DNA from: Longimicrobiales bacterium
GTDB lineage: Bacteria; Gemmatimonadota; Gemmatimonadetes; Longimicrobiales; Gaopeijiaceae
Assembly (NCBI GenBank): GCA_965116905.1
Contig: OZ220732.1
Span: 1,856,001 to 1,920,000 of the forward strand
Direction of reading: 5' to 3'
Length of the DNA stretch: 64,000 nt
The position numbers and the translations under genes are program-made. The notes beneath the pieces are model-generated. The model was given only the letters and a program-made list of their open reading frames with translations, ran no database searches and was not told the origin of the DNA. Shown here piece by piece: positions 19,376-28,398 of the stretch; the stretch's first letter is position 1, and each line of letters opens with the position of its first letter.

Positions 19376-19429
19376 CGTCATATACGGCGTATCATGGTCT
19401 GTACTGGTGTTAGCACGCCATATACGGCG
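19376..19429. promoter_or_regulatory. Two operator-like boxes CG(T/C)CATATACGGCG upstream of hipBA
   Basis: 19376-19389 and 19416-19429, 40 bp apart, with palindromic arms CGCC/GGCG. Confidence 0.65.
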
Positions 19430-19478
19430 GTATGCTACATTAAGGCGGAACGCCACATGCGGCATCATGGCCCAAGCC

Positions 19479-21233
19479 TCAAGCGGCTTTGTTTCCGACC
19501 GGGTCCACGCGCACGGTCACGATGTCGGTGTCGTGGTACTTCTGGTGCCGCACGGCCGTCGCGATGTGGCGCAGGAGGCGCAGGGAGAAATCGCGCTCGA
19601 CCGGGACCTCCGTCACGCTCCCGCCGATGAAGGCCATGCGGTCCTCGATGTTGCCCTCGCCCGCGGCGGCGAGGAACTCGAGTTCGGCTCCGCCCCCCTC
19701 GGCACGCGCCGTAACCCGAAGGCGCCTCACTCCGAAGGCGTCGTCCTCGGCGACCTGGTCCAGGACGATCAGCAACGTCTCCTCGGCCGCCAGCCCCAGC
19801 CTTCGCGCCATCTCGTCGCCCAGTCCGGTACGCGCGGCAAAGTCCTCCAGGAACTCCTGGATCTTCGGCTGGGCCTCGATGTCCAGCGTGGTCTCGATGC
19901 GCCGCCGTCGCGGTCCGGCAAGCTCCATGAACGCGGAGAGCAGGATCGCGGTCAGGCCGCCCGAGGTCATCCCGTTCTCCAGCAGCTGTCCCGCCCAGTT
20001 CCCGAAGTACTCGGACGGGATCTGGCCGCTCTGAAAGCCCGCCCCGATCCAGAACGAGACGCCGATGATCGTGGCCTTGCGGTAGTCGATTCCGTCCTGG
20101 GTGACCATCTCCAGGCCGAGCACGAAGAGGATCGCGATCAACACGATGATGTAGGCGCCGACGACCGGGTTCGGAATGGCCAGGAGCACGGCGGTGGCCT
20201 TGGGGAAGAATGCCAGCGCGATGAACGTGAGCCCGATGCAGACGCCCACGCGCCGCGCGGCGATCCCGGTGATCTCGACGATGGAGACGCTGTTGGAGTA
20301 GGTCGTGTTGGGGACCGTGGCGAGGAGCCCCGACAGGAGGTTGCCCACGCCGTCGGCGGCCACGGCGCCCTGGACCGCGCGGAAGTCGGTCGCGCGGCGT
20401 CGCCGCCAGGAAACCCGCTGGATCGCCATCCCGTCCCCGATGGTCTCGATGGCGCCGACGAGCGTGACGAAGACGAAGGCCGGCAGCATCGTCCAGAACT
20501 CGGGGCTCAGGCGGAGGTCGAACCCCGGCCACCCCGCCGCCGGCACACCGAACCAGAGCGCGTCGCCCACGATGCCGGTGTCGTAGATGCCGTACCCGGC
20601 CGCGACCAGGCACCCCCCGGCGGCGCCGACCACCGAGCCCCACAGGCGCAGTGCTCCTCTGGCCCGCAACACGATCAGGATCGTGATGACCATCGTCGCC
20701 AGCGCGGTCATGGGGGCGGCTTCCGGCGCGGCGCCCTCGGGTGCCTGGAAGACGAGGTCGAAGCCGATGGGCATGACCGTGACCGCAATCAGCATGATCA
20801 CCGTGCCCGCCACCGTGGGCGTGATGACGCGCCGGAGCAGCGACAGCCGCGACGAGATCAGGAACTGGAAGAGCGACGACGCCACGATGAGGGTGGCGAG
20901 CAGCGCGGGGCCTCCGCGTTCGAGCGCCGCCACGGACACCGCGATGAAGACTCCGGACGTCCCCATGAGCAGGATGTACCCGGCCCCGATCCGGCCGCCG
21001 ATGGGCTTCGCCTGGATCAGCGTCGAGATCCCGCAGACGATCAGCACCGCGAATGCCGCCCACGTGAGGTAGGTCTCGCTGCCGCCCCCCGCGCGCACCA
21101 CGATCGCCACCGTGATGACGATCCCCGCGATGTTCAGCAGGATGTACTGGAAGGCGAGCCCGAACGATACCGGGTAGCTGGGGGTCTCGTCGGCCTGGAA
21201 GCGGAGGCCCTGCCGCGTGTCGGGAGAGGTCAT
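19479..21233 (-). CDS. NCS2/NAT (xanthine/uracil permease family) transporter with C-terminal degenerate HATPase-like domain
   Basis: Multiple TMs, RVITPTVAGTVIMLI, AIETIGD, GAVAADGVGN, PNTTYS; soluble C-tail with LAAEETL...FSLRLLRH. Confidence 0.85.
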   Translation of the reverse strand: MTSPDTRQGLRFQADETPSYPVSFGLAFQYILLNIAGIVITVAIVVRAGGGSETYLTWAAFAVLIVCGISTLIQAKPIGGRIGAGYILLMGTSGVFIAVSVAALERGGPALLATLIVASSLFQFLISSRLSLLRRVITPTVAGTVIMLIAVTVMPIGFDLVFQAPEGAAPEAAPMTALATMVITILIVLRARGALRLWGSVVGAAGGCLVAAGYGIYDTGIVGDALWFGVPAAGWPGFDLRLSPEFWTMLPAFVFVTLVGAIETIGDGMAIQRVSWRRRRATDFRAVQGAVAADGVGNLLSGLLATVPNTTYSNSVSIVEITGIAARRVGVCIGLTFIALAFFPKATAVLLAIPNPVVGAYIIVLIAILFVLGLEMVTQDGIDYRKATIIGVSFWIGAGFQSGQIPSEYFGNWAGQLLENGMTSGGLTAILLSAFMELAGPRRRRIETTLDIEAQPKIQEFLEDFAARTGLGDEMARRLGLAAEETLLIVLDQVAEDDAFGVRRLRVTARAEGGGAELEFLAAAGEGNIEDRMAFIGGSVTEVPVERDFSLRLLRHIATAVRHQKYHDTDIVTVRVDPVGNKAA

Positions 21234-22546
21234 GGGTGGCCGTCGATGGCGGCTCGATGGCGCTCGAGGAACGTCTCGAACGCGCGGGCCAGCCTGTCAC
21301 AGTCCTCGTTGTCGTGGGCGAGTGAAACCGAGATGAAGCCGCGGCGCGCGATCCACAGGCCGGCAAGCAGCATCTCGAGGTGGAAGAGGTCGCGAGCGGG
21401 GGCGGGCGTCGCGGCCAGGTCGGAGTGACGGCGGATCGGCGTGCGCTGGAAGTGCACGTTCATGATCGACCCCCGGCCGGTCACCTGCGCGGGTGCGTCC
21501 AGCCGGGTCGCAACGGCGTTCAGGGCGTCGCGCAGTTCATCGCCGCGACGGTTGAGCGTGCGCACCGCCGCGGGCGTGAGCACGTCGCGCAGCCCTGCCA
21601 GGCCCGCGGCCATCGTGAGGGCATTGTTGTTATGCGTGCCGGGGTGGCTGAAATGATCCGGACGGCGCGGGTCGAACCGGTCCATGAGGTCGGCTCGGCC
21701 ACCGAACGCCCCGAAGGAAGCGCCGCCGCCCAGGTATTTGCCGAGGGTCGTCAGGTCCGCGTGGATGCCGAGCAGCTCCTGGAGTCCGCCCGGCGCAAGG
21801 CGCGAGGTCTGCACCTCGTCGAAGATCAGCAGTGCACCGGTGCGCTCCGTGGCGTCCCGCAGCTTGCTCAGGAACGGCCGCGTCCCGGGAATGCAGCCGC
21901 CTCCGCCGAGCATGGGTTCGACGAGCACGCACGCCAGTTCGTCCCCGTGCGTCTCGATCAGCGACCGTGCCGACCCCACGTCGTTGTATTCGCCGACGAT
22001 CCAGCGGAATGGGAGGTTGAGCCGCCGATCCGTCCCGGTGAAGCTCAGGGGACCGCCGTGGTATGCTCCGTCGAACACGAGGACCGTGTCGCGTTCCGTG
22101 ACCGCCCGCGCGAGGCTCACGGCCATCAGGTTCGCCTCGGTCCCCGAGTTCGTGAACCGCACGCGCTCGACCGACGGAAAGCGCCTACAGATCAGCTCCG
22201 CGAATTCCTGCTGGTTCGGGGTGGGGCCGCCGAGCGTGAGGCCGCCCTCGGCCGCAGTCGCGATCGCGGTCCGGATCACCGGATTCGAGTGGCCGTAGAG
22301 GCCGGCCGTGTGGTCGTTCAGGAAGTCGACGAACTCGTGCCCGTCGAGGTCCTGGAGCCTGGCGCCCTCGCCCCGGACGATCGTCACCGGGAAGGGCGCG
22401 TAGTGGTTGACGGTGCGCGTGTCCCCGCCGGGAAGGAATCCCGTGGACCGCTCGAAGCTGGCCTGGCTCAGTGGGTTCGCCGCCGTGTACCGGGCGGCCG
22501 CCTCGGAGGTGAGATCCTGCAGGGTCGGCGTGATTACCGGAGTCAT
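21230..22546 (-). CDS. Class III PLP aminotransferase (GSA-aminomutase-like)
   Basis: RFTNSGTEAN, LLIFDEVQT, DLTTLGKYLGGG, HPGTHNNN. Confidence 0.9.
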   Translation of the reverse strand: MTPVITPTLQDLTSEAAARYTAANPLSQASFERSTGFLPGGDTRTVNHYAPFPVTIVRGEGARLQDLDGHEFVDFLNDHTAGLYGHSNPVIRTAIATAAEGGLTLGGPTPNQQEFAELICRRFPSVERVRFTNSGTEANLMAVSLARAVTERDTVLVFDGAYHGGPLSFTGTDRRLNLPFRWIVGEYNDVGSARSLIETHGDELACVLVEPMLGGGGCIPGTRPFLSKLRDATERTGALLIFDEVQTSRLAPGGLQELLGIHADLTTLGKYLGGGASFGAFGGRADLMDRFDPRRPDHFSHPGTHNNNALTMAAGLAGLRDVLTPAAVRTLNRRGDELRDALNAVATRLDAPAQVTGRGSIMNVHFQRTPIRRHSDLAATPAPARDLFHLEMLLAGLWIARRGFISVSLAHDNEDCDRLARAFETFLERHRAAIDGHP

Positions 22547-22603
22547 GATGGGATAATCGGTGCCAACTGGCGGGAATCGCAAGCCGGGGGATGATGTCCA
22601 CCG

Positions 22604-24391
22604 CTAGCCTGCCGGATCCACCCTCACGGTCACCACATCGATGTCCTCGTACTTGTGGTGCTGCACCGAGGTCGCCAGGTGGCGCAGCAGCCGCAACGAG
22701 AACTCGTGCTCCTCGGCGGTGTCGACCGCGTGTGTGCCGACGACTGCCAGGTGATCCTCGATGTTGCCCTCGGTGCCTCCGGCCAGGAACTCCAGTTCGG
22801 CGCCTCCCGACTCGGGTCGCGCGGTGAGCCGCACCCGACGCTGGCCGGTCTGGCCGTTCTGGCCGCTCTGGCCGCTGGAGCGCGCCTCGTCCCCCTCGCC
22901 TTCGTCCGTCTCTCCGATCAGCAGCAACAGCGTCTCCTCGGCCGCGTGCGCCAACCGGTTGGCCATCCGGTCCCCCAACCCCCGGCGGCTGGCGAAGTCT
23001 TCCAGAAAGCGGGTGATCTTCGGCAGGGAATCCACCTGCAACGCCGTCTGCATGCGCATGCGCCGCGGCCCGGTCAGCTCCGTGAACGCGGTCAGGACGA
23101 GCGCGGTCAGGCCGCCCGAGGTCATCCCGTTGCTCAGCAGCTGTTGCAGGAACGGGGCCAGCCCGTCGGTGGGAATCTGGCCGCTCTGGCAGCCGACACC
23201 GACCCAGAACGAGAACCCGACCACCGTGGCCTTGCGGTAGTCCATGCCGTCCTGCAGCACGATCCTGGTGCCCAGCATGAACAGCACGGCGATGATCACC
23301 ATCGCGTAGGCGCCGAGCACCGGATCCGGGATCACCAGCAGCACCTGCGTCACCTTCGGAAGGAAGGCGAGCACGCAGAAGATCACGCCGATGCACACGC
23401 CGACCCGCCGCGAGGCGATCCCCGTGATCTCGACCACCGAAACGCTGCTCGAATAGGTGGTGTTCGGCACCGTGGAGAACAGCCCGGAAAGCAGGTTGCC
23501 GAAGCCGTCCGCGGCCACGGCTCCCTGAACGGCCCGGTAGTCGGTGGCTCGCCGCTCGCGCCACGAGACCTTCTGGATCCCCACCGCGTCTCCGATCGTC
23601 TCGATCGCCCCCACCAGGGTCACGAAGGTGTAGGCGGGCAGTATGGCCCAGAACGCGGGACCGAAGTCGAACCCCATACCCGGCCAGCCCGCGAGCGGCA
23701 CGCCGACCCACATGGCCTCGCGGATCGGTGCGCCGTCCAGCAGCCCGAAGAACGACGCTGCGATGACCCCGGCGACGATCCCGATCAACGGCCCCCAGAG
23801 CCGAACCGGGCCACTGAACTTCAGCATCACCGCCAGCGTCACCGCCAGCGTCGCCATCACCGTGACCGGTGCCGCGAGGGGTCCGCTGTCCTCCGGCACG
23901 TTGTCCATGAAGTCGAAGAGGAACGGCATCACGTTGACCGCGATCAGCATGATCACGGTGCCCGCCACCGTCGGCGTCAGGATCCGCCGCAGAATCGCCA
24001 GCCGTCCCGCAAGCAGGAACTGGAAGAGCGACGACACGATGATCAGCGTGGCCAGCAGACCCGGTCCCCCCTGCTGTAGCGCCGCCACCGACACCGCGAT
24101 GAACGCCCCCGACGTGCCCATCATCAGCACGTATCCCGATCCCAGTCGGCCCACGCGCCGGGACTGCAGCATGGTGGCCACCCCGCTTACGAAAAGCGCG
24201 CCGAAGGCTCCCCAGGCCAGGTATGCCGCGCTGCTCTCCGCGCTGCGCAGCACGATCGCGACGGTGAGCACGACCCCCCCGATCGCCAGCACCGAGTACT
24301 GAAGGGCAAGCCCGGCGGCCAGCGGCCAGGGTGGTCTTTCGTCGGGTTCGTAGCGGACGCCGTGCGCGGCCCTGCCTGGCTCGGATGCCAT
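22604..24391 (-). CDS. NCS2/NAT transporter paralog with C-terminal degenerate HATPase-like domain
   Basis: Highly similar to 19479..21233 along its full length. Confidence 0.85.
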   Translation of the reverse strand: MASEPGRAAHGVRYEPDERPPWPLAAGLALQYSVLAIGGVVLTVAIVLRSAESSAAYLAWGAFGALFVSGVATMLQSRRVGRLGSGYVLMMGTSGAFIAVSVAALQQGGPGLLATLIIVSSLFQFLLAGRLAILRRILTPTVAGTVIMLIAVNVMPFLFDFMDNVPEDSGPLAAPVTVMATLAVTLAVMLKFSGPVRLWGPLIGIVAGVIAASFFGLLDGAPIREAMWVGVPLAGWPGMGFDFGPAFWAILPAYTFVTLVGAIETIGDAVGIQKVSWRERRATDYRAVQGAVAADGFGNLLSGLFSTVPNTTYSSSVSVVEITGIASRRVGVCIGVIFCVLAFLPKVTQVLLVIPDPVLGAYAMVIIAVLFMLGTRIVLQDGMDYRKATVVGFSFWVGVGCQSGQIPTDGLAPFLQQLLSNGMTSGGLTALVLTAFTELTGPRRMRMQTALQVDSLPKITRFLEDFASRRGLGDRMANRLAHAAEETLLLLIGETDEGEGDEARSSGQSGQNGQTGQRRVRLTARPESGGAELEFLAGGTEGNIEDHLAVVGTHAVDTAEEHEFSLRLLRHLATSVQHHKYEDIDVVTVRVDPAG

Positions 24392-24536
24392 GGATGAGTC
24401 CCTTGTGCGGGAGTTGGTGAGTTGCCCGCACCACAGTCGGGGCGAGAGGTACCGCGTTGTCAAGATCCATGTGGATTCCCGCGCATCAGCCTCGCTCCAC
24501 CCGATCACTCCTGCCCGGATACACGGTGAACATGGA

Positions 24537-27131
24537 TCAGCTCATGCCCGAAACCGTCGCCGCGTCGTCGTCCGCCCCCTTCACGAACCGGTCGAACCAG
24601 TCGATCCAGCGGGCCCACATGTCGAGGTTGGTCTCGATCGCGCGCGGCGTGTGCGACTCGAAGGGGTATTCGTACAGCACCGCCGTCTTTCCGAGCCCGG
24701 TCAGCGCCTGGATCAACCGCTGCGACTGGACGGGGTACGTGCCCGAGTTGTTGTCGTCGGCCCCGTGATATAGCAGCAGCGGGGTGTTGATCTGGTCCGC
24801 CTTGAAGAACGGCGACATCTCCATGTAGATGTGCGGCGCTTCCCAGATGTCGCGCGGTTCGGCCTGGAATCCCATCGGCGTGAGCGACCGGTTGTAGGCA
24901 CCGTTGCCGGCGATCCCGGCCTTGAAGAACGGCGTGTGCGCGAGGAAGTTGGCGGTCGCGAAGGCCCCGTAGCTGTGCCCTCCGTGCCCGATCCGGTCCA
25001 TGTCGATCATGCCCAGCCCGTCGACGGCGCGGATCGCCGCGTACATCCCGTCGACCATGTTCGAGATGTAATAGTCGTTGTAGTTCTCGCCGACGATGGG
25101 GATGTCGGGATACACCAGCGCGTACCCCTGGGTGAGCCAGAGGTCCGACCACCGCAGCCAGGTGAGCCGAGTGTGCGCGTTGTGGTTGCGTGCGCGAATG
25201 GTGGCGTTGGCGAAGTCGTCCTCGCTCCGGTACTCCCGCGGATAGGTCCAGAAGATGGCGGGCACCTTCGTCCCCTCCACGTAGTCGACCGGCAGCGAAA
25301 CCCGCCCCTGAATCTCGAGGCCGTCACGGCGGGTGAACTCGAAGTCGATGCGGCGAGCGGCGGTGAGTTGCGGGAAGGGATCCACGTTGCGGGTCAGGTT
25401 GTCCATCGTGCCGCCCGGGGTGGTGCCACCCGTGCCCCGCGTCCACAGGTGGCTGTCCGGGAACAGGTTCTTGCCCTCGCGGCTGACGATCATGCGCTCC
25501 AGATCCGGGTCGAGCGGCACCAGCGGCTGGTCGAAGGTGTCGCGCGAGCCCTCGAAGAGCCGCTCCGTCATGCCATCGGCGATGGACAGGCGATCCACGA
25601 AGGGCCGCGGCCGGAAGTCCTCCGTCCATCCGGCGCCGCGCAGATACGCGCTCTCCCCGTTCGACGACACCCAGGCGTGCTCGATCCCGTTGCCGGAGCG
25701 CGCCGTCAGCAGGTCGCCGGGGAGCGCCAGTGCGTCGCCCGGGTCATGGAACGGCACCAGCGTGCGGCCCTCGGCAGGGGCGGGCCGCGGAGTGTCCGCC
25801 GAATCCAGCGCGTAGTGGACGATCGCGTCCTCGCCCTCACGGCTGACCGACGCGAACGCATGACGCCCGTCTCGCGAGTAGGCAACCGAGGTGATGCGGT
25901 GCTCGCTACGGGCGATCTCGATTGCGTCCCCGTCTCCGTAGGGTGGGGGAAGGAGCATGATGCGGTCCCCACGGGACCTGTCTGCGCCCTCGGCCTCGTC
26001 ATCGCTGCCGGCCCCGGCCTCGCCGGCGGCGACGCGATGGAGGTACGCGATCCCGCTGCCGTCGGGACGCCAGCGCCAGTCGCGCGGGCCATCCTGCGTC
26101 CCTCCGCCCCTGCCTTCACGCAGTTCACGCTCTTCCAGCATGGCCAGGACCGCGCCCGTCGCGATGTCCAGAACCTCGGTCACGCGCGGGAACCCCGTGT
26201 AGCTGTTGATGAAGGTGAAGGGACGCTCGATCCGCGTAGCGATCAGGTGGCGCCCGTCGGGGCTGAGCGAGATGGACTCGTACATTCCCGGCCCACCGAT
26301 CGGGCGGGCGGCCCGGCCCGGCGCCTGCTCCACGATCTGGCTGCGCGTGTAGTGTTCGAACAGGTCGGCGTCGTGGTCGTCCTGGAGCAGGAACGGCATG
26401 GTGCGATTGGGTGTGGCGGTGTCGCGTGTATGGCGGATGGTCGGGCCGGAGGGAAGGGCGGGTGCCGGTGGCGATGCCGCGCGGTCGTGCGGCGCGGCCA
26501 GCGTGATGAGCGAACCCGAGGGCGTCCACTGCAGCATGCGCGAGGGGGCGGACCCCTGGCCGCGCGAGGATGTCCCGATGCTCGTGATCACGTGGGTGTC
26601 GCCGGCGGGGCGAACCGAGCCGTCGCCGGGCGAGGCGATCCAGACCTGCGTTGCGTCGTCGAGGTGCGCCAGGAAGGCAAGCTGCGACCCGTCCGGCGAC
26701 CACATGAGGTCGCTGACGTAGACGCCCTCCGGCAGTTCAGCATCGGTGAAGGAGCGGTCGGAGAGCGAGAAGAAGCGCAGACCGTACAGGCCGTAGATGT
26801 CCAGGTGCCACGGGCGGTCGGTGCGGGGGCGGATCTCGAGCATCCCGAGACGGAGGGTCTCCTCTCCGACTTCCGCCAGGGTCGAAAGCTCGGTCGAGAG
26901 CGGGATGACGAAGTGGTCGCCGTCCGGGCTGATATGATTCAGGGTGGCGAAATTGGGGTCCGCTGCGAACAGGCCGGCGACAGGGTCGGGCGGCAGGATG
27001 TAGCCGGGTTCAGGATCGAGGCGCTCTCCCGGCGGGATCGGGCCCTGGGCGGACAGCGCGGACGCGACGAAGAGCGGGATCGTGACGGTGGGCAGGCACG
27101 GGAAAACGCGAAGGGCTTGGAGCGTGGTCAT
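24537..27131 (-). CDS. S9 family (prolyl oligopeptidase-like) secreted peptidase
   Basis: GGHSYG nucleophile, GNGAYNRSLTPMGFQAE, HGADDNNSGT, YPFESH. Confidence 0.92.
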   Translation of the reverse strand: MTTLQALRVFPCLPTVTIPLFVASALSAQGPIPPGERLDPEPGYILPPDPVAGLFAADPNFATLNHISPDGDHFVIPLSTELSTLAEVGEETLRLGMLEIRPRTDRPWHLDIYGLYGLRFFSLSDRSFTDAELPEGVYVSDLMWSPDGSQLAFLAHLDDATQVWIASPGDGSVRPAGDTHVITSIGTSSRGQGSAPSRMLQWTPSGSLITLAAPHDRAASPPAPALPSGPTIRHTRDTATPNRTMPFLLQDDHDADLFEHYTRSQIVEQAPGRAARPIGGPGMYESISLSPDGRHLIATRIERPFTFINSYTGFPRVTEVLDIATGAVLAMLEERELREGRGGGTQDGPRDWRWRPDGSGIAYLHRVAAGEAGAGSDDEAEGADRSRGDRIMLLPPPYGDGDAIEIARSEHRITSVAYSRDGRHAFASVSREGEDAIVHYALDSADTPRPAPAEGRTLVPFHDPGDALALPGDLLTARSGNGIEHAWVSSNGESAYLRGAGWTEDFRPRPFVDRLSIADGMTERLFEGSRDTFDQPLVPLDPDLERMIVSREGKNLFPDSHLWTRGTGGTTPGGTMDNLTRNVDPFPQLTAARRIDFEFTRRDGLEIQGRVSLPVDYVEGTKVPAIFWTYPREYRSEDDFANATIRARNHNAHTRLTWLRWSDLWLTQGYALVYPDIPIVGENYNDYYISNMVDGMYAAIRAVDGLGMIDMDRIGHGGHSYGAFATANFLAHTPFFKAGIAGNGAYNRSLTPMGFQAEPRDIWEAPHIYMEMSPFFKADQINTPLLLYHGADDNNSGTYPVQSQRLIQALTGLGKTAVLYEYPFESHTPRAIETNLDMWARWIDWFDRFVKGADDDAATVSGMS

Positions 27132-27178
27132 GCTGGCAGTCCTGACAAGGGGGTTCGGCGAGCCTCGCTGATCGAGAT

Positions 27179-28255
27179 ATGACCGCAAACTACGACATCG
27201 CCGTCATCGGTGCCGGGTTCGCCGGCCTCGCGTGCGCCCGCCGCGCGGCACAGCGCGGGCGCTCCGTAGTGGTCCTGGAGCGCAAGACCGAGCCGGGCGA
27301 GCGGATCCACACGACGGGGATCCTGGTCCGGGAAGCGTGGGAGGAGTGGGCCGCTCCCAGCGCCCTGGTCCGCCGGATCAACCGTGTCAGGGTGTATACG
27401 CCCAGCCACCGCTTCGTCGAACTCAACGGCGACCGCTACTTCTTCATGGCGACGGATACGGCGCGGCTGATGCGTCACCTGGTCGAAGAGACTCGGCGCT
27501 CCGGTGCCGAGGTCCGGTTCGGGGAGACGTTCCGGGGGATGGCGCTGCCGGAGGACCGGTCGCCGGAGACCTCGCTGTCGCTCGGCGATGCCGGAGTCGA
27601 CTGCCGTTTCCTGGTCGGGGCGGACGGCGCCCGCTCCCGCGTAGCCGAGAGCTTCGGCCTCGACCGCAACCGCCGGCTGCTCAAGGGAGTGGAGTGGGAA
27701 TTCGAGCCGTTGAGCAGCGCGGGCGACTGCCTGCACTGCTTCATCGATTCGAAGCATGCACCGGGGTATATCGGGTGGGTGGTGCCGGGCGTGGCCGCGA
27801 CCCAGGTCGGTCTGGCCGTTCATCGCCACCGCCGCGCCGACATGCCGGGCTTCATCCGCAGAATCGATTCCCTGTTCGGGTTGTCGGGAAAGCGCGTGCT
27901 GGAGAAGCGTGGCGGAGTGATCCCCATCGGGGGACTGTTGCGGAACTTCCATGGGGAAGATGTGGTGCTCATCGGAGACTCGGCCGGCATGGTGTCTCCG
28001 CTGACCGCCGGCGGCATTCACAACGCCTACCGGTTCGGCAGGCTCGCCGGCGACGCCATCACGGACTATCTGGAGAGAGGTGGGCCGCACCCGGGCGACG
28101 TCATACGCGGAGCATATGCCAGGGGGAGGTGGAAGCACGCCGCCCGTTGGAGCTACGACCACCTGCCCGTGGCCAGGGCCCTCGACGCCGGACTGGTGAC
28201 GTGGGGGATGTTTCGCAGACTGGCGGGCGCGGTTTTCTTCGACCGGATGCGATAG
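27179..28255 (+). CDS. FAD-dependent oxidoreductase, geranylgeranyl reductase family
   Basis: VIGAGFAG, LVGADGARS, IGDSAGMVSPLTAGGI. Confidence 0.85.
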   Translation: MTANYDIAVIGAGFAGLACARRAAQRGRSVVVLERKTEPGERIHTTGILVREAWEEWAAPSALVRRINRVRVYTPSHRFVELNGDRYFFMATDTARLMRHLVEETRRSGAEVRFGETFRGMALPEDRSPETSLSLGDAGVDCRFLVGADGARSRVAESFGLDRNRRLLKGVEWEFEPLSSAGDCLHCFIDSKHAPGYIGWVVPGVAATQVGLAVHRHRRADMPGFIRRIDSLFGLSGKRVLEKRGGVIPIGGLLRNFHGEDVVLIGDSAGMVSPLTAGGIHNAYRFGRLAGDAITDYLERGGPHPGDVIRGAYARGRWKHAARWSYDHLPVARALDAGLVTWGMFRRLAGAVFFDRMR

Positions 28256-28398
28256 ACTTCGGATCGACCGCGTCCCGTGGGTGTCGCGTAGAGGACCGGA
28301 ACCACGGAACGCGGTTCCCCCTGTCGGTCCCGGAGAGTCGTGGCTAATGTCCAGCTACACTCTGCAGGACCAGGGAGACAGGACCAAGGGGACGCAAT

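Noticed and set aside
21230..22546. hemL assignment
   Set aside because: Family-level similarity only; context is transport/catabolic, so no symbol given
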